NCBI GenBank assembly: GCA_963665115.1
Contig: OY762007.1
Span: 4,032,001 to 4,096,000 of the forward strand
Direction: 5' to 3'
DNA length: 64,000 bases
Origin: an uncultured Rivularia sp.
GTDB lineage: Bacteria > Cyanobacteriota > Cyanobacteriia > Cyanobacteriales > Nostocaceae
Of the stretch, positions 34,518 to 44,028 are shown piece by piece. Positions within the stretch are counted from its first letter, which is position 1. The number at the start of each line of letters is the position of its first letter. The notes under the pieces were generated by a model, which was not told where the DNA came from, ran no database searches, and saw only the letters and a list, made by a program, of their open reading frames with translations. The position numbers and the translations under genes were made by a program.

Positions 34518-35465
34518 ATGCTAACTTATGGGCTGAACTCAGCCAGCGTTCTGGCTCAGGTAAATATAGGAACTAATCCAGCTAGTATTCTAGGAATTTT
34601 TCTAGCTGTTGCTGGAGCCGGACTATATGGTCTTCGTACTATACGTCCCGAACTTTCGCGGGACCAAGATATATTTTTTGCCGCTGTCGGCTTATTGTGC
34701 GGTTTTATTTTTATTTTTCAAGGTTGGCGATTAGACCCAATCTTGCAATTCGGTCAATTGCTTTTAGTGGGAACTACTGTATATTTTGCGTATGAAAGTA
34801 TTCGTCTGCGCGGTATAGCGACTCAGCAAGCCAAACGCAGCACTCCGATTGTAGACCGCGAGCGAGATGTCAGCGACCGCTACGACTATGACGATCGCGG
34901 TAAATATGGTGCTGAGGTAGAAGATTATGACCGGGAGCCTTTACCTTACGACCCGTATTATGAAGATGAGCGTCCAACCCCACCCCCACGTCCGCAAATT
35001 CGGGGAAGTAGGGACAGTCGCCCATCTCGCAGTGAATACTACGAAGATCCAGCCCCTCGTCGTCCGGAACGTCGCAACGATATAGAAAGAATTGAAGACG
35101 ACAGACCACCCCGTCGTCGCAGTTCCAGTTCCAGCAGACGCACTAACACCCGTAGCACACCAAGACTTGAAGAAAGCGATTGGGGTTCAACTCCTCCACC
35201 AGTAGATGATTGGGATAATTCCCGTACAGAAGAAAGAAGAACACCTCGTCGGAATAGCGACAGACCTACTTCTCGAAGAAGCGACGAAGATATTATCCAA
35301 CCAAGAACTTCAAAGAAACGTCGTCCCAGGAGAGATTCAGATCCGAGACGAGAACGCGGAGTTGGTGAGGTCATACCCACCGATTATGAAGATTACAACC
35401 CAATTGTTCGTTTAGAAGACGAGAAAGACGATCCACTACCACCAGTAAAACTCGACGACGAATAG
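34518..35465 (+). CDS. ycf66: Ycf66 family protein
   Basis: RPELSRD.DIFFAAVGLLCG.I..FQGWRLDPILQFGQ with a charged disordered tail. Confidence 0.92.
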   Translation: MLTYGLNSASVLAQVNIGTNPASILGIFLAVAGAGLYGLRTIRPELSRDQDIFFAAVGLLCGFIFIFQGWRLDPILQFGQLLLVGTTVYFAYESIRLRGIATQQAKRSTPIVDRERDVSDRYDYDDRGKYGAEVEDYDREPLPYDPYYEDERPTPPPRPQIRGSRDSRPSRSEYYEDPAPRRPERRNDIERIEDDRPPRRRSSSSSRRTNTRSTPRLEESDWGSTPPPVDDWDNSRTEERRTPRRNSDRPTSRRSDEDIIQPRTSKKRRPRRDSDPRRERGVGEVIPTDYEDYNPIVRLEDEKDDPLPPVKLDDE

Positions 35466-35503
35466 GTAAAAATTGGTGTTGCCAGCAGAGAAAATTAATT
35501 AAG

Positions 35504-36067
35504 GTGAAACAATTTATCCGCTTATTTCGGCTCCAATTGCAATTTCGTTGGAGTCTTTGTCTTAGCTTAGCTAGTTTGCTTGTATCTTGTAGTTACGACG
35601 ATTTTCCCATTGGTTCTAATTCCCTCAATACTCGTAACACCGAAGAACAACCAGCTTTAAGCGGAAACGGTCGCTTTTTAGCCTTTGTATCAAATCGTAG
35701 CAGTACTCAGCAATTATTATTGTACGATTTAGAGCAGCAAAAGTTGATTCCTACACCGCGTTTGAATCGACGTAACGCAATCGCGGAAAGTCCCAGCCTC
35801 AGCTACAGCGGACGTTACATAGTTTACAGCACCAGCGACCGTGGAAGACCAGTAGTCGGGCTTTATGACCGTGCCGTCGGACAGTCGCAAATCCTCACCC
35901 CAACTTATAATGGCTGGGTAAGAAATCCCAGCGTCAGCCCCGATGGTAGATATGTTGTATTTGAAACAACCATTCGCGGTCAGTGGGATATTGAAGTACT
36001 CGATCGAGGAGCGAATATAGAGTTAGATATTCCCAACGGTGCGCCGGTAAGTGCGCCGCCGCAGTAG
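35504..36067 (+). CDS. TolB-like PD40 beta-propeller lipoprotein
   Basis: Lipobox LLVSC; PALSGNGR, PSLSYSGR, PSVSPDGR repeats. Confidence 0.85.
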   Translation: MKQFIRLFRLQLQFRWSLCLSLASLLVSCSYDDFPIGSNSLNTRNTEEQPALSGNGRFLAFVSNRSSTQQLLLYDLEQQKLIPTPRLNRRNAIAESPSLSYSGRYIVYSTSDRGRPVVGLYDRAVGQSQILTPTYNGWVRNPSVSPDGRYVVFETTIRGQWDIEVLDRGANIELDIPNGAPVSAPPQ

Positions 36068-36230
36068 GAGAGAGGGGGAAGAGGGGGAAGAGGGGGAAGA
36101 GGGGGTAGAAATTACCAATTACCAATTACCAATTACCAATTACCCATTACCCATTACCCATTACCCATTACCCATTACCAATGCCCAATCCCCAATGCCC
36201 AATCCCCAATCCCCAATCCCCAATCCCCAA
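36068..36230 (+). repeat. Mixed tandem repeats (GAGGGGGAA; TTACCAA/TTACCCA; CCCCAAT STRR1-like)
   Basis: Visible tandem units within the 5' end of the next gene. Confidence 0.95.
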
Positions 36231-36744
36231 ATTAATTTCATTTTGCTTATTTACGAGTTTTAGTTTATTAACTGCTTGTAGTTCTCCACGTATATTAAGT
36301 TACCCTTTTGAGAATAGTGGTAGGGGTCTTAATTCTGGTGCTTCGGAGTTAAATCCACACATTTCTAATAGATATATTGTTTATACGAGCGATCGCCGGG
36401 GAAGCCAAGATGTTTATATGTTCGATCGGATGACTCGCAATTTGATTAACTTGCCTGGGCTGAATTCATTTGATGCGATCGCCAGTCATCCTGCGGTTTC
36501 TCAAGATGCTAAATATATTGTGTTTGCTGCTTCTCGCGAAGGAAGAAGTAATATATTTTTGTACGATAAGGAAACTCGTCAGTCGCGCAATTTGACAGGG
36601 AATCTTCAAGCGGAAGTTCGCAATCCTACAATTAGTGCCGATGGCAACAGAATTGCCTTTGAGTATACTTTTAACGGACAGTGGGATGTTTTGGTTTACG
36701 ACAGATTCGGAAGACGTTTAAATATACCCCAAGAACCAAAGTAA
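36181..36744 (+). CDS. TolB-like PD40 lipoprotein; start uncertain (possibly GTG 36051, out of frame)
   Basis: Lipobox LLTAC; PAVSQDAK and PTISADGN repeats. Confidence 0.8.
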   Translation: MPNPQCPIPNPQSPIPKLISFCLFTSFSLLTACSSPRILSYPFENSGRGLNSGASELNPHISNRYIVYTSDRRGSQDVYMFDRMTRNLINLPGLNSFDAIASHPAVSQDAKYIVFAASREGRSNIFLYDKETRQSRNLTGNLQAEVRNPTISADGNRIAFEYTFNGQWDVLVYDRFGRRLNIPQEPK

Positions 36745-36870
36745 TATTTATTACAAATGTAAGGTATGTTATGGCTTCTAATATATTGGATTACAAATTA
36801 CCATATTCAAAATGCCGTAACGCACTATTTACGGTATATCGAAATTTGTAATAATGCCGTAATCAAATAT

Positions 36871-37707
36871 TCAATTGAAAGAGTAATTATTCCAGTCAGC
36901 TACAGGTTTATAACCAATCTCTTGATATATTTTATTGGAAGTCGGGTTTGATAGATCGGTAAATAGAAAACAGAATTTATATCCTTTTTTGAGCAAAGAT
37001 TGACTTAAAGCCGCAACACAAGCACCTGCATAACCTTGTTTGCGATATTCTGGTGGCGTATAAACCAAACTTATACCAGCACCATTTGGAGTTAAACGCG
37101 CAATAGAAGCCATTGAAACCAGAATTTCATCTTGCCAAAAATAAGCAGTACCTTTTTGCAATACTCTTTCAACCCAGCTTTCGCTATCTGATTCAATTTT
37201 ACCTAATGCTTCTAAATTAAAAGCGTCATGCCATGATGTTAAAAGTTCTTTGTCATTTTCTGTCGCTAATCTCAAATTACCTTTGACTCGTGAAACTAAC
37301 TCTACTTTTTCTAACTTGAAAATACGTAGTGGTAGCTTTAACTTGTAGGATGAATTTGTTAACAAACACCATTTTTCAGCAAAAGCTTGTGCTTCAACAA
37401 TAGGAGCATTTATATCTGTTAATATTTCGTTATTCCGCTGTAAATCTTCAGCAATAATATCTATTGCTGCTAAATCTTTGATTTTTGACAGTAGTAATTT
37501 ATGAGCAAGCGTCATCATTGCCACTGCAATAATATTTCCATCTTGCTCAACTGCTGCTAAGTAAGGTTTAATTTTGTATCTTTCTAGATGATTAATTAAA
37601 GTATGGCTAATACCCAACTGCAAGTTATGCAATACTTCATCATTCAATAAATAATCTGTTACTTTTTTATAAAATAGACTTGCATCTTCAAAGCGATGAA
37701 GTTTCAT
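36871..37707 (-). CDS. GNAT acetyltransferase (FR47-like C-terminal domain)
   Basis: VYTPPEYRKQGYA acetyl-CoA motif; LFTD.SNPTSNKIY..IGY. Confidence 0.9.
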   Translation of the reverse strand: MKLHRFEDASLFYKKVTDYLLNDEVLHNLQLGISHTLINHLERYKIKPYLAAVEQDGNIIAVAMMTLAHKLLLSKIKDLAAIDIIAEDLQRNNEILTDINAPIVEAQAFAEKWCLLTNSSYKLKLPLRIFKLEKVELVSRVKGNLRLATENDKELLTSWHDAFNLEALGKIESDSESWVERVLQKGTAYFWQDEILVSMASIARLTPNGAGISLVYTPPEYRKQGYAGACVAALSQSLLKKGYKFCFLFTDLSNPTSNKIYQEIGYKPVADWNNYSFN

Positions 37708-37749
37708 AATTGATATATTTGAATTAAAATAAAATTAGCAAATGAAAAA

Positions 37750-38181
37750 TTAAATAAACAAATAATTATCTAACTGCATCAATAAAGGATTAATTGTTTT
37801 TTCCTGAATCATATGTGGTGGATTCCAATCAACCCATCGATAACCGCTATGTTCAGTAAGTTTTAAATCAACTTCGTACTTCAGCCATCCCAAAAAAATT
37901 ACTAATGTTTTTTCTACTTTTTCACCCTTGAACCGCTTATATTTAGTATGATAAGTGTCGGTATATCGGAAATTAGTATCTAAATCTATATCTTGAAGTG
38001 CAATTCCTGTTTCTTCAGCTAATTCTCTTAAAGCACAACTAACTTCATCTTCGCCAAACTCAATATGACCTTTGGGGATATCGTAGATGTTTTTGGAACT
38101 AGGGTTTTTAAGCATCAAAAGAAAGCTTATTTGGGGTTGCTTTCTCATCACCATAACGCCACAAGATTTTGTTTTTCGCAT
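37750..38181 (-). CDS. NUDIX hydrolase, Ap4A-hydrolase-like
   Basis: PKGHIEFGEDEVSCALRELAEETG Nudix box; EH..Y.W. Confidence 0.9.
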   Translation of the reverse strand: MRKTKSCGVMVMRKQPQISFLLMLKNPSSKNIYDIPKGHIEFGEDEVSCALRELAEETGIALQDIDLDTNFRYTDTYHTKYKRFKGEKVEKTLVIFLGWLKYEVDLKLTEHSGYRWVDWNPPHMIQEKTINPLLMQLDNYLFI

Positions 38182-38273
38182 GAATTATAGAAACAATTTA
38201 CTTTCAGAATTTTAGCAGTAGTTAAAAGCAAGATTCCGAATAAATTGATTATCTTTGACTCTTGACCTTTGAT

Positions 38274-39473
38274 TTAAACATATTTATGCTTAAATTCATA
38301 CATCAGATCGACTCTACCTTTACGCAACATAGCTGGATCGAGTCTTTCTGTAGTATTGCAAGTCATTAAAATAACTAGTCGCTGCTGAATTTGAAACCTA
38401 GAGTCATCAATTACGCTTTGATATAAGGTTCCATCCAACAAACTTAAAATATGTTCGGTTTTGTTGCTGTATTGCGCTACTTCACTAGCCCTATCTTGTG
38501 CTAAATTATCAGCTTCGTTAATTATGATGCAAATCCTTTCTAAATAAGTTGGTGGAACAAAGTTAGAAACAGCATCGCGATCCAAAATAAAAATTACGTA
38601 TCCCAAAGGTACAAGAATCTCTTTAGCAACTGCTTGAGTCCATACGGTTTTACCAGTACCAGGTTCCCCATGTACTAATACGGCTAATTGAGTTTGATTT
38701 AAAACCGCTTGCTGCACGTCATCAGTAAAATTCTGAATATCCGCAGGAAAACTATTTACAGAAAACTGAGTATTAACTTTCCCTACCCGACTTTGATATC
38801 CGCTTAACATCACGGCTAAATCGTAAATCGATTTGTTAATTAATGGCGTTAAATTTTTTGCCATTAAAGTATATTGTCTTCTTCCTCTTTCATAAGGTTC
38901 AATCTGCAGCCAAACATCGTATTTAGACCAGTAAGCATAAACCGTGTTGATAACTTCCAAACGTTCCCAACTATTGAACTTTTCTATAGGTAAATAAAAA
39001 TCTCTTTCTTGATAATATTGAGTAATTAAATCGGGAACATCTAATAAGCCGAGAACCCGAAAAACTGCAATTTCCTGGAGTCTATTTAAAAGATAATCAA
39101 TTGGAATGCTGCTGCGGCTAACGAATTGAACTATGGGCGTTTCCGTACTTAAAAGGTCTTTATATCGATGGTCTGGTGTAAGCGGATCGGGTGTTACATA
39201 ATTCCAGTACTTCTCAAGTTCGTAACGAGTGTCTTCAGAAGTAAGGCTCATTAAATTTGCCCACCAAGCATAATGATTTCTTCCTAACGTCTCAGTTAGA
39301 CTGCTAGTCAAATTTAATGTTTTTTGAGTTAATTCCTGAGAATCATTAGATAATAATTGCCATAAATATTCCCAATTTAATTCTCTATAAAAAGGTCGCC
39401 AACCGCTAGCAAGCAAAGTTTGGCGATTGTTGTTACCGCGAGAGTTATCTTGCCCGAAATAGTCAAATTCCAT
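38274..39473 (-). CDS. AAA+ ATPase (BCS1-like C-terminal domain)
   Basis: Walker A GEPGTGKT, variant Walker B IIINEAD, SRH TCN..ERLDPAMLRKGRVD. Confidence 0.88.
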   Translation of the reverse strand: MEFDYFGQDNSRGNNNRQTLLASGWRPFYRELNWEYLWQLLSNDSQELTQKTLNLTSSLTETLGRNHYAWWANLMSLTSEDTRYELEKYWNYVTPDPLTPDHRYKDLLSTETPIVQFVSRSSIPIDYLLNRLQEIAVFRVLGLLDVPDLITQYYQERDFYLPIEKFNSWERLEVINTVYAYWSKYDVWLQIEPYERGRRQYTLMAKNLTPLINKSIYDLAVMLSGYQSRVGKVNTQFSVNSFPADIQNFTDDVQQAVLNQTQLAVLVHGEPGTGKTVWTQAVAKEILVPLGYVIFILDRDAVSNFVPPTYLERICIIINEADNLAQDRASEVAQYSNKTEHILSLLDGTLYQSVIDDSRFQIQQRLVILMTCNTTERLDPAMLRKGRVDLMYEFKHKYV

Positions 39474-39694
39474 ATTTTCAGGATTAGGGAAGTTTTCAGT
39501 TTTCAGTTTTCACAAAGCTTATACCATTTTATGATTTTATATTTTAACAACGGATGCGCTTTTTTAGATTCCTAAATTTTAGACTTTGAATTTAAAACGA
39601 AAAACAAAGGGATGGGTAATTATAATTTATAAATTATAACTTTAAAAGTTTGGTTAATAAGATTTAAAATATCAAATAATACAAAAATTCCCAT

Positions 39695-39879
39695 AAGATA
39701 ACCACTTGCGTGCAAGTTGTCAGAGCAAAGCGTTTATCACTCAAAAGAAACTCCGTTGGTGAGTTGCTACACACTCTTTGAAGGATAGCTACTTTTAGGT
39801 TAGTGTCTTTCTCGCTTCTCCCATGCTACATGGTTCGTAAGCTGTTGGCTGTTAAGGCACGCAATATAACTGAGTTCCT
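39695..39879 (-). ncRNA. Candidate structured ncRNA 2 (closing stem plus multibranch domain)
   Basis: TTGCGTGC/GCACGCAA closing stem, AAGCG/CGCTT, CCATG/CATGG, GCTAT/GTAGC, AACTC/GAGTT; G-U pairs favour the minus strand. Confidence 0.55.
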
Positions 39880-39915
39880 AATGGAAGAATTAAAAATTAA
39901 AAATTAAAGTAACTT

Positions 39916-40022
39916 AAAAAAGGACAGGTGGTTAGCGCAATAGTATTCATATGACCGCTATGTGCAGTTTTTCCCGAATTTGGAATCAGGGGGGCTGAAT
40001 ACTTCGCCTAACTCAGTTCCTT
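39916..40022 (-). ncRNA. Candidate structured ncRNA 1 (~105 nt, paired ends, 3' U-tract)
   Basis: AAGGA/TCCTT, GTTAG/CTAAC and AGTATTCA/TGAATACT stems; inner CCTGA/TCGGG and ACTGC/GCGGT hairpins; starts just after a predicted -10. Confidence 0.6.
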
Positions 40023-40025
40023 ATG

Positions 40026-40061
40026 TATTACATTGTAGTATAGCGACTTTTATTTTGTCAA
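40026..40061 (-). promoter_or_regulatory. Sigma70-like promoter TTGACA-18-TACAAT overlapped by palindrome TATTACA-T-TGTAGTA
   Basis: -35 at 40056-40061, -10 at 40032-40037, palindrome 40026-40040. Confidence 0.7.
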
Positions 40062-40145
40062 GGGATTTTTAGCTAATTGTGGATTTAATAGGAAACAGAG
40101 AAACCCGGTTTCTGAATTTTCGGAAATAGCTTTAAATTATTAACA

Positions 40146-41192
40146 TTAAACACTCAAAGCATACTCCGACTTAGCAAATACCGAAGCATAAACTAAATTT
40201 CCTTCCTCTTTCACAAACTCACCAGCAAAGTTGTTACCTTCTATGGTTCTCAATTGCAAATTCAAAAACTTTTCTTGCTTGATAACTTCAAATTTTTCTG
40301 GTGGAGTATTCGCCAAATTGCTTTGAACTTGAGCGTACATTTGCTGACGACTTTCCACCAGCTGCTGCCGTAATTCGGCTAAATTTGTCGCAGAAAATGG
40401 AGCTATCTGCTGTGCAACTTGTTGTTTTTCCAAATGCATAGCTGCAACACCATAGCAGAAGCAAACCAAAGACATCCAAACTTCTTGAAAATAAGCTGTA
40501 TTCGGAGCAATTTCGATACCAGCTAACTTGTCACCGAGAATAAATAACGCTCCAGTTTGTCCCTGAAGTAATTCAAAACGACTTTGATATTGGGTTAAAA
40601 ATGCTCGTTTAGCACTAAGAATTTGTTCTAAATGCCCGCGATTTTGTAAACCGAAGCGTTGGTTAAGTTTGCTAATCGCATTCCAAAGTTTACTATAGCT
40701 TTTTTGACCTTGTAATTTAAGCGCTTCTTCACGTAGAAACAATGGCAAAATAAAAAACCACTGTTCGCGTTCTTCTAAGTATCCACCTTGCCCAGATTGT
40801 ACGCAGCAGGCATCTTCAAACATCAGCTTTTGTCCTTCAGCGATAAAAGCGCTACGACACAAAGCGTGATTTTGAGCTTTGTCTTGGATGTATCCCATAT
40901 GTAACGGAACGATCGCGATTCCTTGGGAATGATTGGTGATTTCCATATTCCCGTAACCGCGTATTTGGGTTAATTTTAATCCCGAAAGCGGTGGAGCAAA
41001 TTTATGTTTATTTCCTAAATTACTGCCAAAAATAGGAACAATTGTCATGATGCCTGATTTTTGGGGAATACCAAAACGGTAAGTAGATAAATCAAATGTT
41101 TGGTAATTGGTAATTGGTAATTTATAATTATTCATCATAAGTTGTGTGTGAAGAGAAAAAATATTGATGTCTAAAGAGTAAGATGCGGACAC
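40146..41192 (-). CDS. ARPP-1/DUF6569-like protein; real start probably ~41137
   Basis: AQNHAL, ACCVQ.GQGG, LLQGQTGALF..G..LAGIE pattern recalled for this family. Confidence 0.6.
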   Translation of the reverse strand: MSASYSLDINIFSLHTQLMMNNYKLPITNYQTFDLSTYRFGIPQKSGIMTIVPIFGSNLGNKHKFAPPLSGLKLTQIRGYGNMEITNHSQGIAIVPLHMGYIQDKAQNHALCRSAFIAEGQKLMFEDACCVQSGQGGYLEEREQWFFILPLFLREEALKLQGQKSYSKLWNAISKLNQRFGLQNRGHLEQILSAKRAFLTQYQSRFELLQGQTGALFILGDKLAGIEIAPNTAYFQEVWMSLVCFCYGVAAMHLEKQQVAQQIAPFSATNLAELRQQLVESRQQMYAQVQSNLANTPPEKFEVIKQEKFLNLQLRTIEGNNFAGEFVKEEGNLVYASVFAKSEYALSV

Positions 41193-41224
41193 TACGCTAT
41201 CTTTTTGAAAGATTAACTGATTTT

Positions 41225-42622
41225 TTATTTAGCAATTGCTTTTTCTGAATCTACAATAGCTTCTAATTTTGGTTTATTTTTTGTAAATTCATTTTCCAAT
41301 TGTGAAAGTTTAACTAATAAAAATTTGCGTAAATCAGCTTCACTTTTTTCGCCAACTATTGACAACATAGATAACAGTAAACCTGTAAAATCTTCTTGAT
41401 GCCAAAATTCTAATTGAGGAAGATTTGTAGAAGGACGGCGTAATTCTAAGTCATCTTGTTTGGTAAACTTACTGTGGCAAAATATTATCGGTGTCTCAAT
41501 ACCTATTTGAGATAATGTTGCTACGACTCTGGTTAAATCTCCAGGGTAAATATTCTCGTAACCGTCAGAGATTATTGCAACTAAATCTGGTTCGCCTTTG
41601 AGAGCATCTAATAAAGATGTGGCAATGTCGGTATATCCTTCTGGCATAGGTAATTTATCAACCGTACCGCCGACTTGATAAACTTTGACTTTTGTACAGC
41701 ATTGCTCCAAAACCAGCTTCAAAGCAACCGATTGAGCCAAACAGCAAAACTGGCGATCGCCATAACTGCGAGTGGAAGCGGAAGCGTCAAAAACCAATGC
41801 TAAAGTTCCATCAAAGCGAGGTAATTTAGCTGCTGTTTCCTTAACATAATTCTCCGTAGCTTCCATCAATTGCTCGGATTTGCCACCACGGTAAAGATGA
41901 ACTAAAGTTGCTGCAATATCACCGCGATTAGTTGCCGTAACGGTTTTAGGTCTTTTTTGGTGATTCTCTAAAATTTGGGTATAATTCTTGTGTAATTCTC
42001 GATATTCTCCAGTTGCAGTTTGTAATGCTTCGTGACGGTAAAGCAATTGCAAAATAAGTATTACCTGTTGCTTATCTTTGACAAACCGCAATAAGCTTTG
42101 ATTTAAGTATGTTTCATCTCCACCCAAGGAAACAATTTTTGCACAAGCACGAGCAACATTTTTACCCAAAGCGTGTTCCAAACAATCTTTAACAGCAGGG
42201 CGACGACAGATAGCCATATCTAAGCATTCTGAATGCTCGAAGATATATTTAATAATGACTCTTGCTGTATGTTTATGATTTGCTCGCACCCGTTTCAAAG
42301 CGAGAAATACGGTTAATATTTCATCTGGATGGAGAATAGTTAACAGAAAGTTTGTAGTACTTTCTAAAGTCAAACGGAGATTGTGAGAAAACCCTTTACG
42401 AGAAGCTCTTAAAAGTTGGAAAAGGATGCGTAAACGCTGTTGTGGTGCAACTGTTTCTACAACGCTAAAAAGTGCGTACAATTCTGGATTGTAATCGTAT
42501 GCTTGTTGATGCAAAGCTTCATCATCCCATTCCGGTTGTTTACCATTATTTCGTAATACAAAAAGTTTATTCTGAAGGGATAGATGATTTAGTAAATTAA
42601 AAAGGATTGGTTGATTATTCAT
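41225..42622 (-). CDS. Helical basic N-domain plus C-terminal vWA protein (Ro60/TROVE-like layout)
   Basis: MIDAS DASAS, GYTD, PDLVAIISDGYEN; Arg/Lys-rich helical N-terminal region. Confidence 0.65.
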   Translation of the reverse strand: MNNQPILFNLLNHLSLQNKLFVLRNNGKQPEWDDEALHQQAYDYNPELYALFSVVETVAPQQRLRILFQLLRASRKGFSHNLRLTLESTTNFLLTILHPDEILTVFLALKRVRANHKHTARVIIKYIFEHSECLDMAICRRPAVKDCLEHALGKNVARACAKIVSLGGDETYLNQSLLRFVKDKQQVILILQLLYRHEALQTATGEYRELHKNYTQILENHQKRPKTVTATNRGDIAATLVHLYRGGKSEQLMEATENYVKETAAKLPRFDGTLALVFDASASTRSYGDRQFCCLAQSVALKLVLEQCCTKVKVYQVGGTVDKLPMPEGYTDIATSLLDALKGEPDLVAIISDGYENIYPGDLTRVVATLSQIGIETPIIFCHSKFTKQDDLELRRPSTNLPQLEFWHQEDFTGLLLSMLSIVGEKSEADLRKFLLVKLSQLENEFTKNKPKLEAIVDSEKAIAK

Positions 42623-42814
42623 TTTTTAATTAATATTATTAACGACTTTCTCTGTTTTCCTCTTCCTCTGCTTTCTCTGCGTCTCTGCGATTTTATTATG
42701 TCAGTAAACTCAAAATTGATCTGATTAGCAAAGGTTAGCAGAGAGGGATAGAGATAAGGGTAAACGATAATTAATAAATAGCCAATTACCTATTACCAAT
42801 TACCTATTACCTAA

Positions 42815-43807
42815 TTAATGCAACTCACTTCCACCTTTACGAAGTAGATATCGATCGCTAATTAATTTCAAAGTTACTCTTCCGAAAAGCGGGTGAGTTC
42901 TTTCTATCGCTGGTTGAATAACTACACCTTCCATCATGCAATCTGGTGAAAGTGCGCTATCTTTATTATTGAATGTAGAGACTATTTCTTTACTGTAAGC
43001 ACCGAAGTAAAGTAAAGGTGCTGTTGGTAAATTAAACTCTTGGCAGAAAGCTGCGAAATCATTGTAATTAAGGAAATCTTTACCGCGACGCACGGCGAAT
43101 AAAGCAATACCAATGTTTCCGTTTTTTAAACCGTACTTAATGTCTTGTACGCCATAGATTTCTCCAAAAACTTGGGTATCTGCTGGAAGTTTTTGTAAAG
43201 CTTCGTTTTCGTGGTAAGCGCGAATGTAAACCAGGTTTTTGTTAGTTTCGTTATCTTTCCAAAAATAGTTATGGCTAGCAATTTTTACTGTAGAATCAGC
43301 ATCTACTAAAACAGTAAAGTTAGTTCCGTGTATTTTCTCAGTAATTACTATTTCTTCTCCATCAACAAACATATCGGGATAGCGTTTAAGGTGTTGTGGA
43401 GCCGGGAATTTGTAATGTCCGACATGATTTTCCATATCCCCATTCATTGTTTTGGGAATTGGATATTCATACTTAGTAATTCTGAAATGTTCTGTATAAT
43501 CGTCTCCAACACTTCCAGTAAAGTTTTCACCAACAGGAATTAATAAACCTTCTGAAAAAATACCCCGCAATTTTGCAGCACGCAATTTTTTGGAATAATA
43601 TGAACCTATTCCGAATTCTTCTACATATTTATCAGGAATCACGCTATCAATAGGAAAATAAAAAGCTAAATCACCGACTTTAAAATTGCCTTTCGCTGAT
43701 ATAACTTGATATCCCATTCCGTTCATAGAAACAATATCTAATCTATCGGCATTAGGATGAGAATCGACGCTACTAATTTCTACTACTTCAACTTTGAATA
43801 TGCTCAT
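42815..43807 (-). CDS. ATP-dependent RNA ligase, DRB0094 family
   Basis: N-terminal OB-like HPNADRL and KLRG..SEGL; motif I TEKIHGTN, FGEIYG, EGVV, K.IS.RYLL. Confidence 0.92.
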   Translation of the reverse strand: MSIFKVEVVEISSVDSHPNADRLDIVSMNGMGYQVISAKGNFKVGDLAFYFPIDSVIPDKYVEEFGIGSYYSKKLRAAKLRGIFSEGLLIPVGENFTGSVGDDYTEHFRITKYEYPIPKTMNGDMENHVGHYKFPAPQHLKRYPDMFVDGEEIVITEKIHGTNFTVLVDADSTVKIASHNYFWKDNETNKNLVYIRAYHENEALQKLPADTQVFGEIYGVQDIKYGLKNGNIGIALFAVRRGKDFLNYNDFAAFCQEFNLPTAPLLYFGAYSKEIVSTFNNKDSALSPDCMMEGVVIQPAIERTHPLFGRVTLKLISDRYLLRKGGSELH

Positions 43808-43907
43808 ATTTCACCTCTGTTGGAAAGTCGCGAGGCTATAAATAAATCTATTTATAGGTAATTGATAAATGTTTAATCTGTGTTGGGATAAAAATGATTT
43901 GATTACG

Positions 43908-43943
43908 TATTACAAGTGTAATCAGCAGATAAAAGCCTGTCAA
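43908..43943 (-). promoter_or_regulatory. Sigma70-like promoter TTGACA-17-TACACT overlapped by palindrome TATTACA-AG-TGTAATC
   Basis: -35 at 43938-43943, -10 at 43915-43920. Confidence 0.7.
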
Positions 43944-44028
43944 TTATCTGATATTAAGTTCGGATGAATTCTAATAAAAACTTATCTTTTGATGGCTCCT
44001 TCTTGACAAGGAGAGGGTTGGGGTGAGG

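Noticed and set aside
36749..36764. Fifth copy of the operator (TATTACA-AA-TGTAAGG)
   Set aside because: Degenerate right half, between convergent gene ends, no clear promoter
39777..39783. CTTCAAA loop in ncRNA 2 as a tRNA-Sec or UGA-suppressor anticodon
   Set aside because: Supported by only 1-2 adjacent pairs, with no canonical D/T loops or CCA; could be chance
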